A DNA stretch of 63,959 bases, counting the filler, from Octopus bimaculoides (taxonomy: Eukaryota), in assembly GCF_001194135.2 (NCBI RefSeq). It is 9 parts of 9 records of this genome, joined end to end, with 100 filler letters (N's around TTAATTAATTAA, not from the genome) between each part and the next. Parts side by side here need not be neighbours in the genome. Positions count along the whole stretch, not along the records: positions 1 to 22,958 come from NC_068997.1; 8 more parts are not named here. One strand, 5' to 3'. Position numbers and translations under genes: made by a program. A model generated the notes under the pieces. It ran no database searches. It was not told the DNA's origin and was given only the letters and a program-made list of their open reading frames with translations. Shown here piece after piece: positions 1 through 12,830 of the stretch. Position 1 is the stretch's first letter; the number at the start of each line of letters is the position of its first letter.

Positions 1-3000
1 GGAAACAAGGTCACCTGTTGAACGACCTGAGGTCTTACAGAGTAGATGTAGCAGCCATTAGCGAAACCAGGCTCTCCAACCCGCAGGAACTCGCAGCCCT
101 TTTTGGCGGATACGAGATTTTCCTATCTCCGTGTCGGCCGGGAGCCGGCGGTGGCGGTACTGCGGTGCTATTTCGGAAAGGCCTGGACTTGAAAATAAGG
201 GGAGTCTTCCTGGATCCGGAAGGTAAGTTGGTGGTCCTGGACGTCGATAGTAGTGACGGCGCTGCCTTCAGACTACTGGGTGCCTACGCTCCGACAGNNN
301 NNNNNNNGATAGTAGTGACGGCGCTGCCTTCAGACTACTGGGTGCCTACGCTCCGACAGGAGCAGGGCAGTCGGATTATTTCAAACGTCTGGAGGTTTTC
401 CCGGGTTCTTCTCGCACTTTAGTGCTAGTTAGGGACTGGAACGTTGTCTTAGACGAACGTATCGATATGGTGGGTGCGGGATCATCTAGTAGGAAAGGGG
501 GATGCATAAGCCTCGCCAATCTGCCCAAACGCTTTCAGCTGTCCGACAGGTATCGACTAGACAACCCGAATGTGCCAATGTGAACTTGGACTAATCGCAT
601 CGGGTCGTCTAGATCGTACTTAGATAGAATTTTCTGTAGGCCAGCGGATAAGGATAGCATAGGGTGTCCACAATTCANNNNNNNNNNNNNNNNNNNNNNN
701 NNNNNNNNNNNNNNNNNNNNNNNNNNNNNNNNNNNNNNNNNNNNNNNNNNNNNNNNNNNNNNNNNNNNNNNNNNNNNNNNNNNNNNNNNNNNNNNNNNNN
801 NNNNNNNNNNNNNNNNNNNNNNNNNNNNNNNNNNNNNNNNNNNNNNNNNNNNNNNNNNNNNNNNNNNNNNNNNNNNNNNNNNNNNNNNNNNNNNNNNNNN
901 NNNNNNNNNNNNNNNNNNNNNNNNNNNNNNNNNNNNNNNNNNNNNNNNNNNNNNNNNNNNNNNNNNNNNNNNNNNNNNNNNNNNNNNNNNNNNNNNNNNN
1001 NNNNNNNNNNNNNNNNNNNNNNNNNNNNNNNNNNNNNNNNNNNNNNNNNNNNNNNNNNNNNNNNNNNNNNNNNNNNNNNNNNNNNNNNNNNNNNNNNNNN
1101 NNNNNNNNNNNNNNNNNNNNNNNNNNNNNNNNNNNNNNNNNNNNNNNNNNNNNNNNNNNNNNNNNNNNNNNNNNNNNNNNNNNNNNNNNNNNNNNNNNNN
1201 NNNNNNNNNNNNNNNNNNCGAATGGCCCGCGTGGTTGAGGCGAAGCGTGGCAACAGAGCGACCATTCGGTCTTTGGTGGACCAGAACGACTGCGAAATTT
1301 CGGAACCAAAGCAGATGTGTGCGGCCTTTCAGCAGCACTTTGCTCAATTGTTCGGGATGAATGGTAGGGCGGACGACGGAACAGACTTCGGTGTGTACCT
1401 AGACGGCCTGCCACAACTCTCGACCAGCGAAGCCGAGTGCTGCGAAGGACCCATATCTGCCTGGGAAGTACAGGAAGCGATGAAAGTCTGCACGAGAGGT
1501 AGATCACTGGGTTTGGATGGTCTGCCCTACGAGCTTTATACGTCAGTGCCAGACTTGTTTGCGGGTGTCTTGGCAAACGTCTACTGCAACTGGCAACAAA
1601 ACGGGAGATTTCCTGCTTTTGTTTGTCGAGGAGTAGTGACTTTACTAAGAAAGGACCCAAACAAAGGGGACATTATAGGGAACTTTAGGCCCATCACTCT
1701 CCGCAATACAGGGTTGAAGATTTTGACCAAGAGATTGGCGCTTGTCGTGGGCAAACTGATCGGCAAGGCGCAGACATGCGCCGTGCCGACCAGGTCTATC
1801 CACGACAACCTCCATCTCATGCGCTACATAATAGAGAGGGTGGGTAACGAAGCTGGCGTGGGTAGGGCTTTGATCAATTTAGATCAGTCTAAAGCCTTGG
1901 ATAGGGTCGACCATCGATACCTGGCAGTTGTTCTCAAGGCTGCTGGCTTCGGTTCGGTCTTCCGCGGGTGAATAGCTGCTTTATACAGCGGCATCTGCTC
2001 GGTCATACGGGTGAACGGCCATCTATCGGAACCGTTCAACATCTCGCGTTCGGTTCGCCAAGGATGTCCTCTCTCCTCCCATTTGTATATATTGACTCTC
2101 GAGCAATTACTGCGGAAGTTGGAGGCTTTGAGAGGTGTCCCGCGCGATCTGGGATGTGGGAGGAGCGTGTCTGCCTATGCCGACGACGTCACCATGATGG
2201 TGTCGAGCCACAGGCATATTGACCTAATTGGCGAGACACTAAACGAGTATGAAGCGGTNNNNNNNNNNNNNNNNNNNNNNNNNNNNNNNNNNNNNNNNNN
2301 NNNNNNNNNNNNNNNNNNNNNNNNNNNNNNNNNNNNNNNNNNNNNNNNNNNNNNNNNNNNNNNNNNNNNNNNNNNNNNNNNNNNNNNNNNNNNNNNNNNN
2401 NNNNNNNNNNNNNNNNNNNNNNNNNNNNNNNNNNNNNNNNNNNNNNNNNNNNNNNNNNNNNNNNNNNNNNNNNNNNNNNNNNNNNNNNNNNNNNNNNNNN
2501 NNNNNNNNNNNNNNNNNNNNNNNNNNNNNNNNNNNNNNNNNNNNNNNNNNNNNNNNNNNNNNNNNNNNNNNNNNNNNNNNNNNNNNNNNNNNNNNNNNNN
2601 NNNNNNNNNNNNNNNNNNNNNNNNNNNNNNNNNNNNNNNNNNNNNNNNNNNNNNNNNNNNNNNNNNNNNNNNNNNNNNNNNNNNNNNNNNNNNNNNNNNN
2701 NNNNNNNNNNNNNNNNNNNNNNNNNNNNNNNNNNNNNNNNNNNNNNNNNNNNNNNNNNNNNNNNNNNNNNNNNNNNNNNNNNNNNNNNNNNNNNNNNNNN
2801 NNNNNNNNNNNNNNNNNNNNNNNNNNNNNNNNNNNNNNNNNNNNNNNNNNNNNNNNNNNNNNNNNNNNNNNNNNNNNNNNNNNNNNNNNNNNNNNNNNNN
2901 NNNNNNNNNNNNNNNNNNNNNNNNNNNNNNNNNNNNNNNNNNNNNNNNNNNNNNNNNNNNNNNNNNNNNNNNNNNNNNTTCGAGATAAACTCTACCGGCA

Positions 3001-3745
3001 CGGAAGTGCCATCAACCGGGCCTGCCCGAGGTGTGCTCAGGACGACGAAACCGTTCTGCACGCACTCGTCCAGTGCCCGAGAATTGCTGACCTGTGGGTT
3101 TATATCGAACACCTACTGTCACGTGTAGGACGGATCCGGCTATCATCTGAATCCATCGTGAGGAATGACCCGCCGACCTCCTTTAACCGGAAGGGCAAGG
3201 CAATTTTCCTATGCCTAGTGGCTGTAGCGAAAGAGGTGATATGGTGGACCCGTTTGAAAGGGCTAAGTCAGACACTTTCCTCTTTGGCCAAGGCCTCGTC
3301 AACTTTTTGAAGTTCCACTTGAAAAGGAAGATGAGAGTAGAGCGGGAAATGCTGTCTCATAGCAAATTTGTTGAAAGATGGGTGACTGTTGGAAGAATGA
3401 TTAGTATAAACGGACCAATTCTGAGAATACACCTGTAAAAAAAGGGTTATGTAAAAGGAGAAAGGGCTCTATACCCTTTTCTTATTTTTTGTGACCAGGC
3501 TCCCGTGGTTTTATGGGTTTTCCACGTGTAACCTTTCCTTTTTCGAAGCGCCCCCCACCCTTTGGGAGTTCTATTTATTTATTTATTTATTTATCTATTT
3601 ATTTGTTATATCATTCTCCGTTTTCTTCCTGTTTAGACAAACTTTCCTACCTTTTCGGACAAAACCTTTTGTAGCCTTCGTCCTGTCTTTGTCCTTACAT
3701 GTTTTTAATTGATATTAGCCCTTGTGGCCAATAAAACGAATTAAT
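1..3745 (+). mobile_element. Tx1/L1-clade non-LTR retrotransposon, ORF2 pseudogene (APE endonuclease, RT, C-terminal CCHC finger, 3' UTR); 5' end lies outside the window
   Basis: APE motifs DVAAISETR and LLGAYAPT (18-300). RT motifs NFRPITLRN, LINLDQSKALDRVDH, SVRQGCPLS, SAYADD (1220-2258). CPRCAQDDETVLHALVQC at about 3020-3080. In-frame TGA at 1969-1971 (normally W) and a frameshift near 3300. AATAAA at 3730-3735 followed by an (ATT)n tail. Two large N gaps inside. Confidence 0.93.
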
Positions 3746-3753
3746 TATTATTA

Positions 3754-3787
<34 letters not shown>
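3745..3787 (+). repeat. (ATT)n microsatellite tail of the Tx1-like LINE
   Basis: Direct reading; begins just after the AATAAA signal. Confidence 0.9.
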
Positions 3788-4381
3788 GAAAAGCTATTTC
3801 GCTGGCACTCTGTTTCTCGTTTCTCTGAAACAAAAACATGGAGGGGGTTGCAGTCAGAAAAAAGTTCAAAAGTAAAGAGATTGTTGGGGTTAGAAATAAA
3901 TAAAACTATTTTTCTGTGGTTTCTTAATTATTCTCTTTGCAAATAATATCGGAATAGACTATCAGAACCTACCCAGAAAATCAATTAGTTATAGAGTGAG
4001 TTTTAAATGGAATTCTTTGATTAAAACTCCAGCAAGTAGGAGTTACATTATTTCTGCAAAAATATGGGGAATAATCACGGTTTGAAAACCTTTGATAAGG
4101 GATCAGAGCGACCAGTTACAACTTGATGATAAACAACAAAGTCATTAAATATGATAAAACATACCACTGCTAACATTTGAAGTAGTCTTTCTCGATTACA
4201 TGTGAGAGACGCAACATATTTTCACACTTATAAACTCAAACGCAATATCTTCTTAATAACAATCAGTCTTAACATAATATTGCAACATAAATCTGACACA
4301 TATTAAATAAAATACACGAAACGCATTGAAGTGTGACGTAGCCCATACTAAATTAGCAAATTCGGTAAAATGGGTTTTTGT

Positions 4382-4382
<1 letters not shown>

Positions 4383-4427
<45 letters not shown>

Positions 4428-4475
4428 TTATATTAATATATACGTATGCATAGACAGACAGACAGACAAACAGAC

Positions 4476-4544
<69 letters not shown>

Positions 4545-4545
4545 T
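4383..4545. repeat. Compound microsatellite (TA)n + (AGAC)n + (AGAT)n
   Basis: Direct reading. Confidence 0.95.
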
Positions 4546-4611
4546 GAAAACATACACATACGTGCACAAATGTACATACACATATATTTGCTTTTAGCTG
4601 TCTGTCAATGT

Positions 4612-7600
4612 TAACGACGACATTGTCCTGTAGGAGTCTTATCCTACATTTTGTGAGTTGACAGATGTGAAAACAAGTCTGATCCTGAAATGGCATGTCC
4701 TTGAACGCAGATGACAAGGGAAGTTGCCTATTATGTCGTTGGTGAGTCTGAAATGACCTTGACGTCTCTTTTCTTCAAGTCTCTCACGTCAGATTAGTTC
4801 AAAGTGTGAAGCTTCTTTGTCGCTGAGGGAGCTCCAGATTTGCCGGTTCTGAGCAAAGTATTCAAGTTGTGTCGGTTGAATGTTGCGGGAGTTAAGGACA
4901 AGCTAAAGATGATCCCGAAACCTCTACTTGGGTCCCCCGTGAGGGCGAACATCGGTTGGTAGCTCTTCGAAGACCATTTTCGGGAGACGATTATCAGATA
5001 TTCTGATAACGTGGCTCACCCATCTTAGAACACGGCGTTGGATGATGGCTTCAACGCTGGAGATGCCTGCTTGCTGAAGAATTTCTGTATGGGGACCTTA
5101 TCTTTCCAAGTAACGCGTAAACTTCGACTGAGACAATGGATGTGAAATGATTCTAGTTTCCTCACATGATGGTGGTTTAAGATCCAGTATTCTCAGCCAT
5201 ACAGTAATGTTGAGATGACAACGGCATGAGAGACAGCAATTTTAGTGGTAAGCCTCAGATTTCTGTTGAAAAACACTCATTTTCGGAGGCGTCCAAAGGA
5301 GGAAGAGGAGGAGGAGGTGATCCGTCGTAGGATGTCATCGTCGATATGTCCATTTTGTGATATGTCCATTTTTCCGAAGTAGTTAAAAGAGTCAACGTTT
5401 AACAGAAGTGTGTCGTTTATATATAGTTATGCTGCTGGATGTTTTTTTTTTAAATATGTTTGCATGATCTCGTGTTTTTATGTTGATGTTAAGACCTAGA
5501 CGAGTATAGGTTTCATCCATGGCACTTAAGAATCGCTAGAGTGAAGCTATTTTGTGAGCAGTGACAGCGGTAACATCTGCATATTGAAGCTTAAATATCT
5601 GTTGATGCCAGAGTTTTCGCTTTGAGCCCGGTGGGTGTTGAAAATACTGCCACCCTGCCATCATAGCGATAACGGGTGCTTATGCTATTGTCGGTACCTA
5701 TTTGAACCTAGGAGAGGAGAGTTACAGCTATGTAGATGCTGAACAAAACAGGAGTGAGAACGCAACCCTGTTTGATTCCCGGTTTAACTCTGAATTGTTC
5801 TGAAGACGCTCCACCGAGAGACTCTGGCTAGCATTCCGTCATGGAATTTGCGGATGATAGTTAAAACAATTGGAGGACAGCCAAAGTTTCCATAAAATTT
5901 CACGATTAACGGTGTCGAAAGCTTCGTCATATCGAAGAAACCAAAATTCATTTCCTGTTGTTCTCTGCATTTTTCGAGAAGTAAGCGTGCACCAAATATC
6001 ATATCAATTGTGCTCTGTTCTGGTCTGAAACCACATTGAGATTCAGAGAGGGTGCACTCCGACACGAAGATAAGAAGATGGCGGAGAATAATGCGTGCAA
6101 GAATTTTGCAAGACACATCCAGAGGCCTCTGTTGTTACCGCAGTCGGATCGATCGCCTTTTCTTTTGTAAATGCAAATGACGTTGGTATTTGTTTTTGTT
6201 TGTTTGTTTTTCCAACAGAGAACTAGGAAAGCGTGAAGATATGACACAAGTTGCGGTCCGCCGTATTTGCAAACCTCTTCAGGGACACCGTCTTCGTCAG
6301 GAGACTTCCTATTCTTTTGGGAGTGACGTGCAATCTAGACTTCGTCTTGACTGAGTTCAGCTGCTATTTCTTCGATGATTGGAAGTTTTGGAAGCTCATC
6401 TAAAATCGACGTATCTTTTAGGTTGATTCCGTTCAGATCTTGGAAGTGTTCTGTCCATCGTTGAGGTTCTTATTGTTTTCTTTAATTAGTGTAGAGCCGT
6501 CAGCGATACAGACAGGTGCAATCAGGCAGTGCGATGGACCGAAGTTGTCTTTGAACGAGTCGTAGAATTCGTAAGCTTTATTTTCTTCAGCGAATTGTTG
6601 GATCTTATTGGAGTTGCGGAATCACTAACCATTCTGTGGGGCCTCAGCCCTAAGATTATGTTAGTTTGGGACCAAGAAACGAAGATTTGAGAGGTGGGCG
6701 TTATGAGCACGGTTTTTTGCCTTCAAAAGGGGTTGGATAATGTCTGCAGATTCATTAAAACAATCAGTGTCCTTCATGTGGGATTTTCCAATAGTGGGTT
6801 CAGAGTTAATGTGTCGAATGATGGAGATCACAGAGTCCCGGAGTGAGTTGAGGTCATTCTGTTCGACCTCGATTTCTTCTCTATGTTATTTTCCATATTG
6901 CGATGGAGTTCTTTTGGAACTGGAAGAACTAAGAGATCTAGGCAGACCAAGCAGTAGCGACGTTTCTTTGGAGCTCAGCTTGTTTTGTTGTGCTGGAAAG
7001 ACAGACCACATTGAGTTTTGGAAACACTTTTGCTTTTTCTGGTCGGAAGGTAGCTCTGAAGACATAAGCGTGCGCATCATGCGGGGATCGGCCTAAAATT
7101 CTGCATCGCGTTTGTATTTGATATAGAGGACATCATTCTGATAATGTTGACGAACACTCACGTAATTGATGAGACAGGCAATTAGTCCCATTCGCGCGCA
7201 CCTGACTCTTGTTCAGCAGTACTTCGGTGACAAGAGAAATGTCCAAGACGACCAAAAGCTGTCCAGAAGTTGCCGCTAGTTGCCGGAATCCAGGTTTTTG
7301 ACAGTCCACCAGGATGCCTATCCACTGGGCAAGGTTTTAGGTTGGAGTTTCAATCTCATAGAAAGATTGCCTCTCATGGCTAACGAGCTCAATCTGCTCG
7401 CAAACAGAACTATTTCTGAATGTTCTTTCACCAACTCACCGAAAGGATATCTACGCCCACATCCACCGAGAACGCAGATGTCCTTCAGTCGTAACCCTGA
7501 ACTTAGGTGCTACTTTCGCAGTACCTACCCCCGCGACATGGAAGCGCCAGGCAACTATTACTGCTGTATAAATTAGGGAAGATGACCCGAACTACCATCA

Positions 7601-7640
7601 ACCAGGATCTTAACTATCAGTAGCCAGGTCTCTATCAGCA
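4612..7640 (-). mobile_element. RTE-clade (BovB-like) LINE, near full length, heavily decayed
   Basis: Minus-strand translations give the APE end CLINYVSVRQ...DAEF*ADPRMM (like HLIDYVIVR...ECWTDHRLV), RT segment LSESQCGFRPEQSTIDMIFGARLLLEKCREQ, and RTE-type C-terminal segments at 4700-5350. Many stops and frameshifts. Confidence 0.9.
7496..7590 (-). ncRNA. Possible decayed HDV-like ribozyme at the 5' end of the RTE LINE
   Basis: Minus strand reads cctgg-cgc-ttccatgt-cgc-gggggta-gg-tact(gcgaa)agta-gcac-CTAA-gttcagg. The order resembles P2-P3-L3-P3'-P1'-P1.1-P4-J4/2-P2', but P1 and P2 pair imperfectly. Confidence 0.35.
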
Positions 7641-7762
7641 GCCGGGAATCATAAATATGTACAAATATAAAACATAAAATATGCTATATATATGTATAAA
7701 GATAAAACTCGAAAGCAACAGGATGCAATAGAATGTAGTAGAATACGAATGAAAAAAATACA

Positions 7763-7975
7763 TATTCTTTTATTCTTTTACTTGTTTCAGTCATTTAACT
7801 GCGGCCATGCTGGTGCACCGCCTTTAGTCAAAGTCAAACAAATCGACCCAGGAATTATTCTTTGTAAGCCTGGTGCTTATTCTATGTCTTTTTTTTCCAA
7901 ACCTATAGATTACGGGAAGTAAACGTACCAAAATCGGTTGTCAAGCAATGATGTGGAACACACGCACAAGTAAAT
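7763..7975 (-). mobile_element. SINE family A, 3' half
   Basis: Similar to the full copy at 46970-47378 (cttgtttcagtcatt...gcggccatgctgg...gtaagcctgg). Confidence 0.85.
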
Positions 7976-7978
7976 ACG

Positions 7979-8009
<31 letters not shown>

Positions 8010-8510
8010 NNNNNNNNNNNNNNNNNNNNNNNNNNNNNNNNNNNNNNNNNNNNNNNNNNNNNNNNNNNNNNNNNNNNNNNNNNNNNNNNNNNNNNNNNNN
8101 NNNNNNNNNNNNNNNNNNNNNNNNNNNNNNNNNNNNNNNNNNNNNNNNNNNNNNNNNNNNNNNNNNNTATATATATATATATTGTAGTCCACCTCAATAC
8201 GTGGGTATTTGGTCAGAATAGTATGGAAGTTACAAAACTGTCTCGAAGTGAATGGAATATATTGAAATATATTAAAGGATAAAATCGTTAAAAATTTTCA
8301 GTGGCCAGCATATAAATTAGAAATTTTAGATGAATTCATATATATTTGATGCGTATATATTTGTGGTATCTTCATGTAATCGCAACTTTGCGTTTGCTTC
8401 TCTGTGAGTATGCATAAATGTCTCACTTATTTCGGTCAGTATGCTTTTCTGATAAAGGAAGAGTTATCAAACTAATCCAGAAAACGCACTTTTGCTAATG
8501 TTCTTTCATT

Positions 8511-8758
8511 TCGATTTCAAATTTTTATTGAAATTCTCATAAATAATCGCTGATTCATACCCTGCTCTATTTGAACGTACCCAGGCATTGCTATGTACCA
8601 TCAACCCGTATGAACAAGAAATGCAGCAACAAAAGCATTAACAATAAAGTTTAGGTTGAACCTACCTTCATAGGTATACACATATACTTGCCGTGCTCCC
8701 TATCTACCTATATACATACATACACGCATATGCATACATACATACATACATACATACA

Positions 8759-8789
<31 letters not shown>

Positions 8790-9813
8790 TACACGTACTC
8801 ATACATACATCCATGCATTCATTCATACATACTTACCTACATACATACATGCATACATACATATATACATAGATATATACTTGCATATATATACTTATTT
8901 TGTGCGTGCTCGTCTTTGTGTGTCTAAGCGACCCTCTATGTCATTGTATGTGTATTTGTATAGATCTATCTTTTTCTCCCTCAAACAATATATATGAAGA
9001 GAATCTTGCATGCATGAAGTGGATTCGATCCACTATAGCCAAATTTAAATTAACACTGCAACAGAACTTTTCCCATGGTGGAACAATGGTTTTTCTGACA
9101 GCAGTTTTATATTTTCCAGATACCTTTAACTAGACGGAAATAATGGTTCTTATATAGATCCACACCTGGTGGAAAAATTGATAAAAGAATAGTATAGTAG
9201 TTGAAGTGCACCGTATATGAAATAAATAGGGTTAGGGTTAGGGTATTAGATGATTTCTGTTTCACTCCTGTGACCGGACGTTGAGATTTAGTGCTGGGGT
9301 TGTGTGAATTTTCCGAGCCCTCTCCCCACTCCGCACCCCCGTTTGCCAGCGCGCATTTTTTCCTTCATATTTATTTCATATACGGTGCACTTCAACTCCT
9401 ACACTATTTTTTTTTCAATTTTTCCACCGAGTGTGGATCTATATAAAAACCTTACGATTTAGTCCTTTTGCAATATTCAAATAGACCTTTGGGTACTTGT
9501 GCTCTGTATGATCATCCCCTACTAATATTCATATAATCGGGTATATTTCTTTTTATATTTTTTTCAACTGCTAATGCTTTCTGTCAATCTATTCACAGAC
9601 TGACCATTTCCAAAGAGACCCATTTTTATATTTTTCTTACATCCCTCTCCCTCGCTTCTGTACTCTCTTTCTCACCATGTCTTTTTTTCTCCTCTCCTCT
9701 ATTGCTTTGAGGAGGATTTATTTTCTCTTTATCATTTCTCTTACATTTTTCTTCCTTTCCCCTCCTTCTCTCATGTGCTCTCTCCTTCTCACCACCTTTA
9801 CTTTCTGTCTCTC
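8511..9813 (+). repeat. Local duplicated segment, copy 1 (carries extra DNA at about 8996-9451)
   Basis: Colinear with 12749-13637 at high identity by eye. Confidence 0.9.
9145..9451. mobile_element. Foldback/MITE-like element with about 84-bp inverted repeats and an internal (TTAGGG)n tract
   Basis: ggttcttatatagatccacac...cgtatatgaaataaat (9145-9227) is inverted at 9368-9451. tagggttagggttaggg at 9227-9243. Absent from the paralogous segment at about 13220. Confidence 0.8.
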
Positions 9814-10759
9814 GTCTATTTTCTCTATATTTTGGGGAGTATTTATTTATTTATCATTTGTGTCTTTACCATTTCTCTTGATATGCTATTAATTCAAAAT
9901 AATTGCTTTCTTATTTTATAGTTCTCCAGTTCGGGCCTTCTCATCTTTCATTCTTTCTTTTTACAATTACAATATTGTCGTTTTCTCTCTCACATTTTTC
10001 TATCTTTCTTCGTCTCGCTTTATTTTTTCTCTGATCACATCTTTTTCATCCTTCTCTCTCAAAATTCTTATAAAATCTCGCGCCAACTGCCCAACTCAAG
10101 ACATTAGGTATATGTAACGTAATGCAATAAGATGTTCCCTGATGATCCGTTGTTTTGAAACATCCAATGTTTCAAAACATGTTTTGAAACATTCCAATGT
10201 TGCATAAAACTAGAATGGTGAAGCGTACGTTGGAACGAATAATCTAATCTTGTGTTTATCGGAATTTGTCTTGTATATATATACGTGTGCGTGTGTGCAT
10301 GTAGGCGTAAATGTATTTGTAATTGTAGACATACACACTTGCATAGATAATTATTCTTAAGATATTGCTCAAAAATACATTTTATCATTGTCGATTCTGT
10401 TGAGGGTGAGAGAGATGAGTAACATGAAGAAATAATTAACGGAATTATAATTTTTGGAAGTTGTAGTGACAGGGTATACAATGTATTGATTAGCAGATAT
10501 TTCTAATTAAATGAAAGTCCCCGCCACATCACATCACAATTCGAAGGCAAAGCGTTTAAAATCCAAGAACGGGGGATTGATAGGAAATAATTAATAAGTG
10601 AAAGAGACGGTGAAGCCCTAACAGTTTCAAAACAGTTTAGGCGTTACTGATTGCATGTGACATATTTTCAGTTAAATTCAAAAACTTTTCTTTACAACCT
10701 TGCTAATATATAGCTGCCCGGTCAAAATGTATTCTAAATTAAAAAGAGAAAGCGAATCA

Positions 10760-11645
10760 CATACATACACACACATACATACGTAGATACATGCATACAC
10801 AAATAAATACATACGTACGTACGTACGTACGTACATACATGCATGCATGCATGCATGCATATGCATGCATACATGCATACATACATACATACGTACATAC
10901 GTACGTACGTACATACATACATACATACATACATACGTACATACAAACATACATACATACATACATACATATGTACCTACCTACGTACGTACATACATAC
11001 ATACATACATACGTACATGCGTACATACATACATACATACATACATACATTCATACATCCATACATACATACATGTATACATACATCCATACATATATAC
11101 ATACATACATACGTACACATACGTACATACATACATATGTACATACATACGTACATACATACATACATACGTACATACATACATACATACATTCATACAT
11201 ACATACATACGTACATACATACATACATACGTACATACGTACNNNNNNNNNNNNNNNNNNNNNNNNNNNNNNNNNNNNNNNNNNNNNNNNNNNNNNNNNN
11301 NNNNNNNNNNNNNNNNNNNNNNNNNNNNNNNNNNNNNNNNNNNNNNNNNNNNNNNNNNNNNNNNNNNNNNNNNNNNNNNNNNNNNNNNNNNNNNNNNNNN
11401 NNNNNNNNNNNNNNNNNNNNNNNNNNNNNNNNNNNNNNNNNNNNNNNNNNNNNNNNNNNNNNNNNNNNNNNNNNNNNNNNNNNNNNNNNNNNNNNNNNNN
11501 NNNNNACATACATGCATGCATGCATGCATGCATATGCATGCATACATGCATACATACATACATACGTACATACGTACGTACGTACATACATACATACATA
11601 CATACATACGTACATACAAACATACATACATACATACATACATAC
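10760..11645. repeat. (CATA)n/(CGTA)n/(CATG)n compound microsatellite spanning a gap
   Basis: Direct reading. Confidence 0.95.
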
Positions 11646-11662
11646 ATAATACTACTACCATG

Positions 11663-11935
11663 GTAGCTAGCTGCAAAGTGAGACAACGAAAGAATATATC
11701 ATAATAGAGTTTGACGCGTAAACATATGAATAAAACACACAAACACACATATACGAGGGCATAAGCATTTAAAATCTTTTTTCAATTTCACACTATGATA
11801 CATTGGTTGATAGCTGCAAAATGAAACAAAGAAGGAATATGTCATAATAGGGTTTGACACGTAAATATATGAATAAAACACACACAAACACACACACAAA
11901 CACACACACAGGTACACACATAAACTCACACACAG

Positions 11936-11975
<40 letters not shown>

Positions 11976-11976
11976 A

Positions 11977-12019
<43 letters not shown>

Positions 12020-12830
12020 ACGCTCATACACACAAACATACAACGACATTCAATGTTCGTAATCTCGCTCGTAATTCATGTACCACGCAGTTTTGATATA
12101 GTTCTTTGTATTCCATTTGAAATTCCTATTCACATTCTCGTAAATAATCGATGAATCATGCTCTGTTCTATTTTAAACAAACCTACACTTTGTGTTTTTT
12201 TTTTACATGCATGTTCAATGAATAATCATAAATAGCATTGTATAGATATCAACTTCAGTCAAACAAAAATGATATTACAGCAAAGAAACATTGATCTATA
12301 TACACGACAAGTGCAGGATAATACGATTAACAAACGTCAAACTTAGCAGCGTTTTCTGGAAGTTGAATGTAGTCTTCTAAGAACGACACAAAAGTATTTC
12401 TTAATTTTGGTAAAGCATGATCGGTAGGAGCGCAGATATTTCCATCACGGTATTAGGTATGTAAGGGAAAATTAGGGTGTGAATTTAGCTATTTGCATTT
12501 AAAATCCTTTTCAATGTAATACTATGATACATTGGTTGTTAGCTGCAAAGTGAAACAAGGATGATAAATATCATAATAGGCTTTGACATGTAAATATATA
12601 AATAAAACACACACAAGCATATACACACACACATACACATACATGCACGCACTCACATATGTACACATTCACTCACGCATAAAACAATGTTCTGTTTCCT
12701 TTATCTCTCTCGGAATTCATGTATCACGCAGTTGTGTTTAATTTGTATTCGATTTGAAATTTTTATTGAAATTCTCATAAATAATCGCTGATTCATATCC
12801 TGCCCTATTTGAACGTATCCAGGCATTACT
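11663..12830 (+). repeat. Nested short direct duplications
   Basis: The unit agctgcaaagtga...cataatag..tttgac..gtaaa.atat..ataaaacacac occurs at about 11668, 11811 and 12541. The unit aattcatgta.cacgcag...aaataatcg occurs at about 12073 and 12714. Confidence 0.8.

Noticed and set aside
246-360. Perfect direct repeat of about 52 bp on both sides of an 11-N gap
   Set aside because: Unmerged contig overlap; it is the same stretch of the LINE endonuclease written twice.
664-3310. Long ORFs of 270-435 aa in the supplied track
   Set aside because: They run through N gaps; only the called LINE segments are real.
10151-10179. Perfect 13-bp-arm palindrome tgttttgaaacat-cca-atgtttcaaaaca preceded by CTGATGA
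   Set aside because: Tested as a hammerhead: there is no stem II and no stem I partner. Probably a short local foldback.
10833-11645. Identical 140-bp microsatellite variant pattern at about 10833-10970 and 11506-11645
   Set aside because: It flanks a gap and is identical, so it is most likely an assembly echo.
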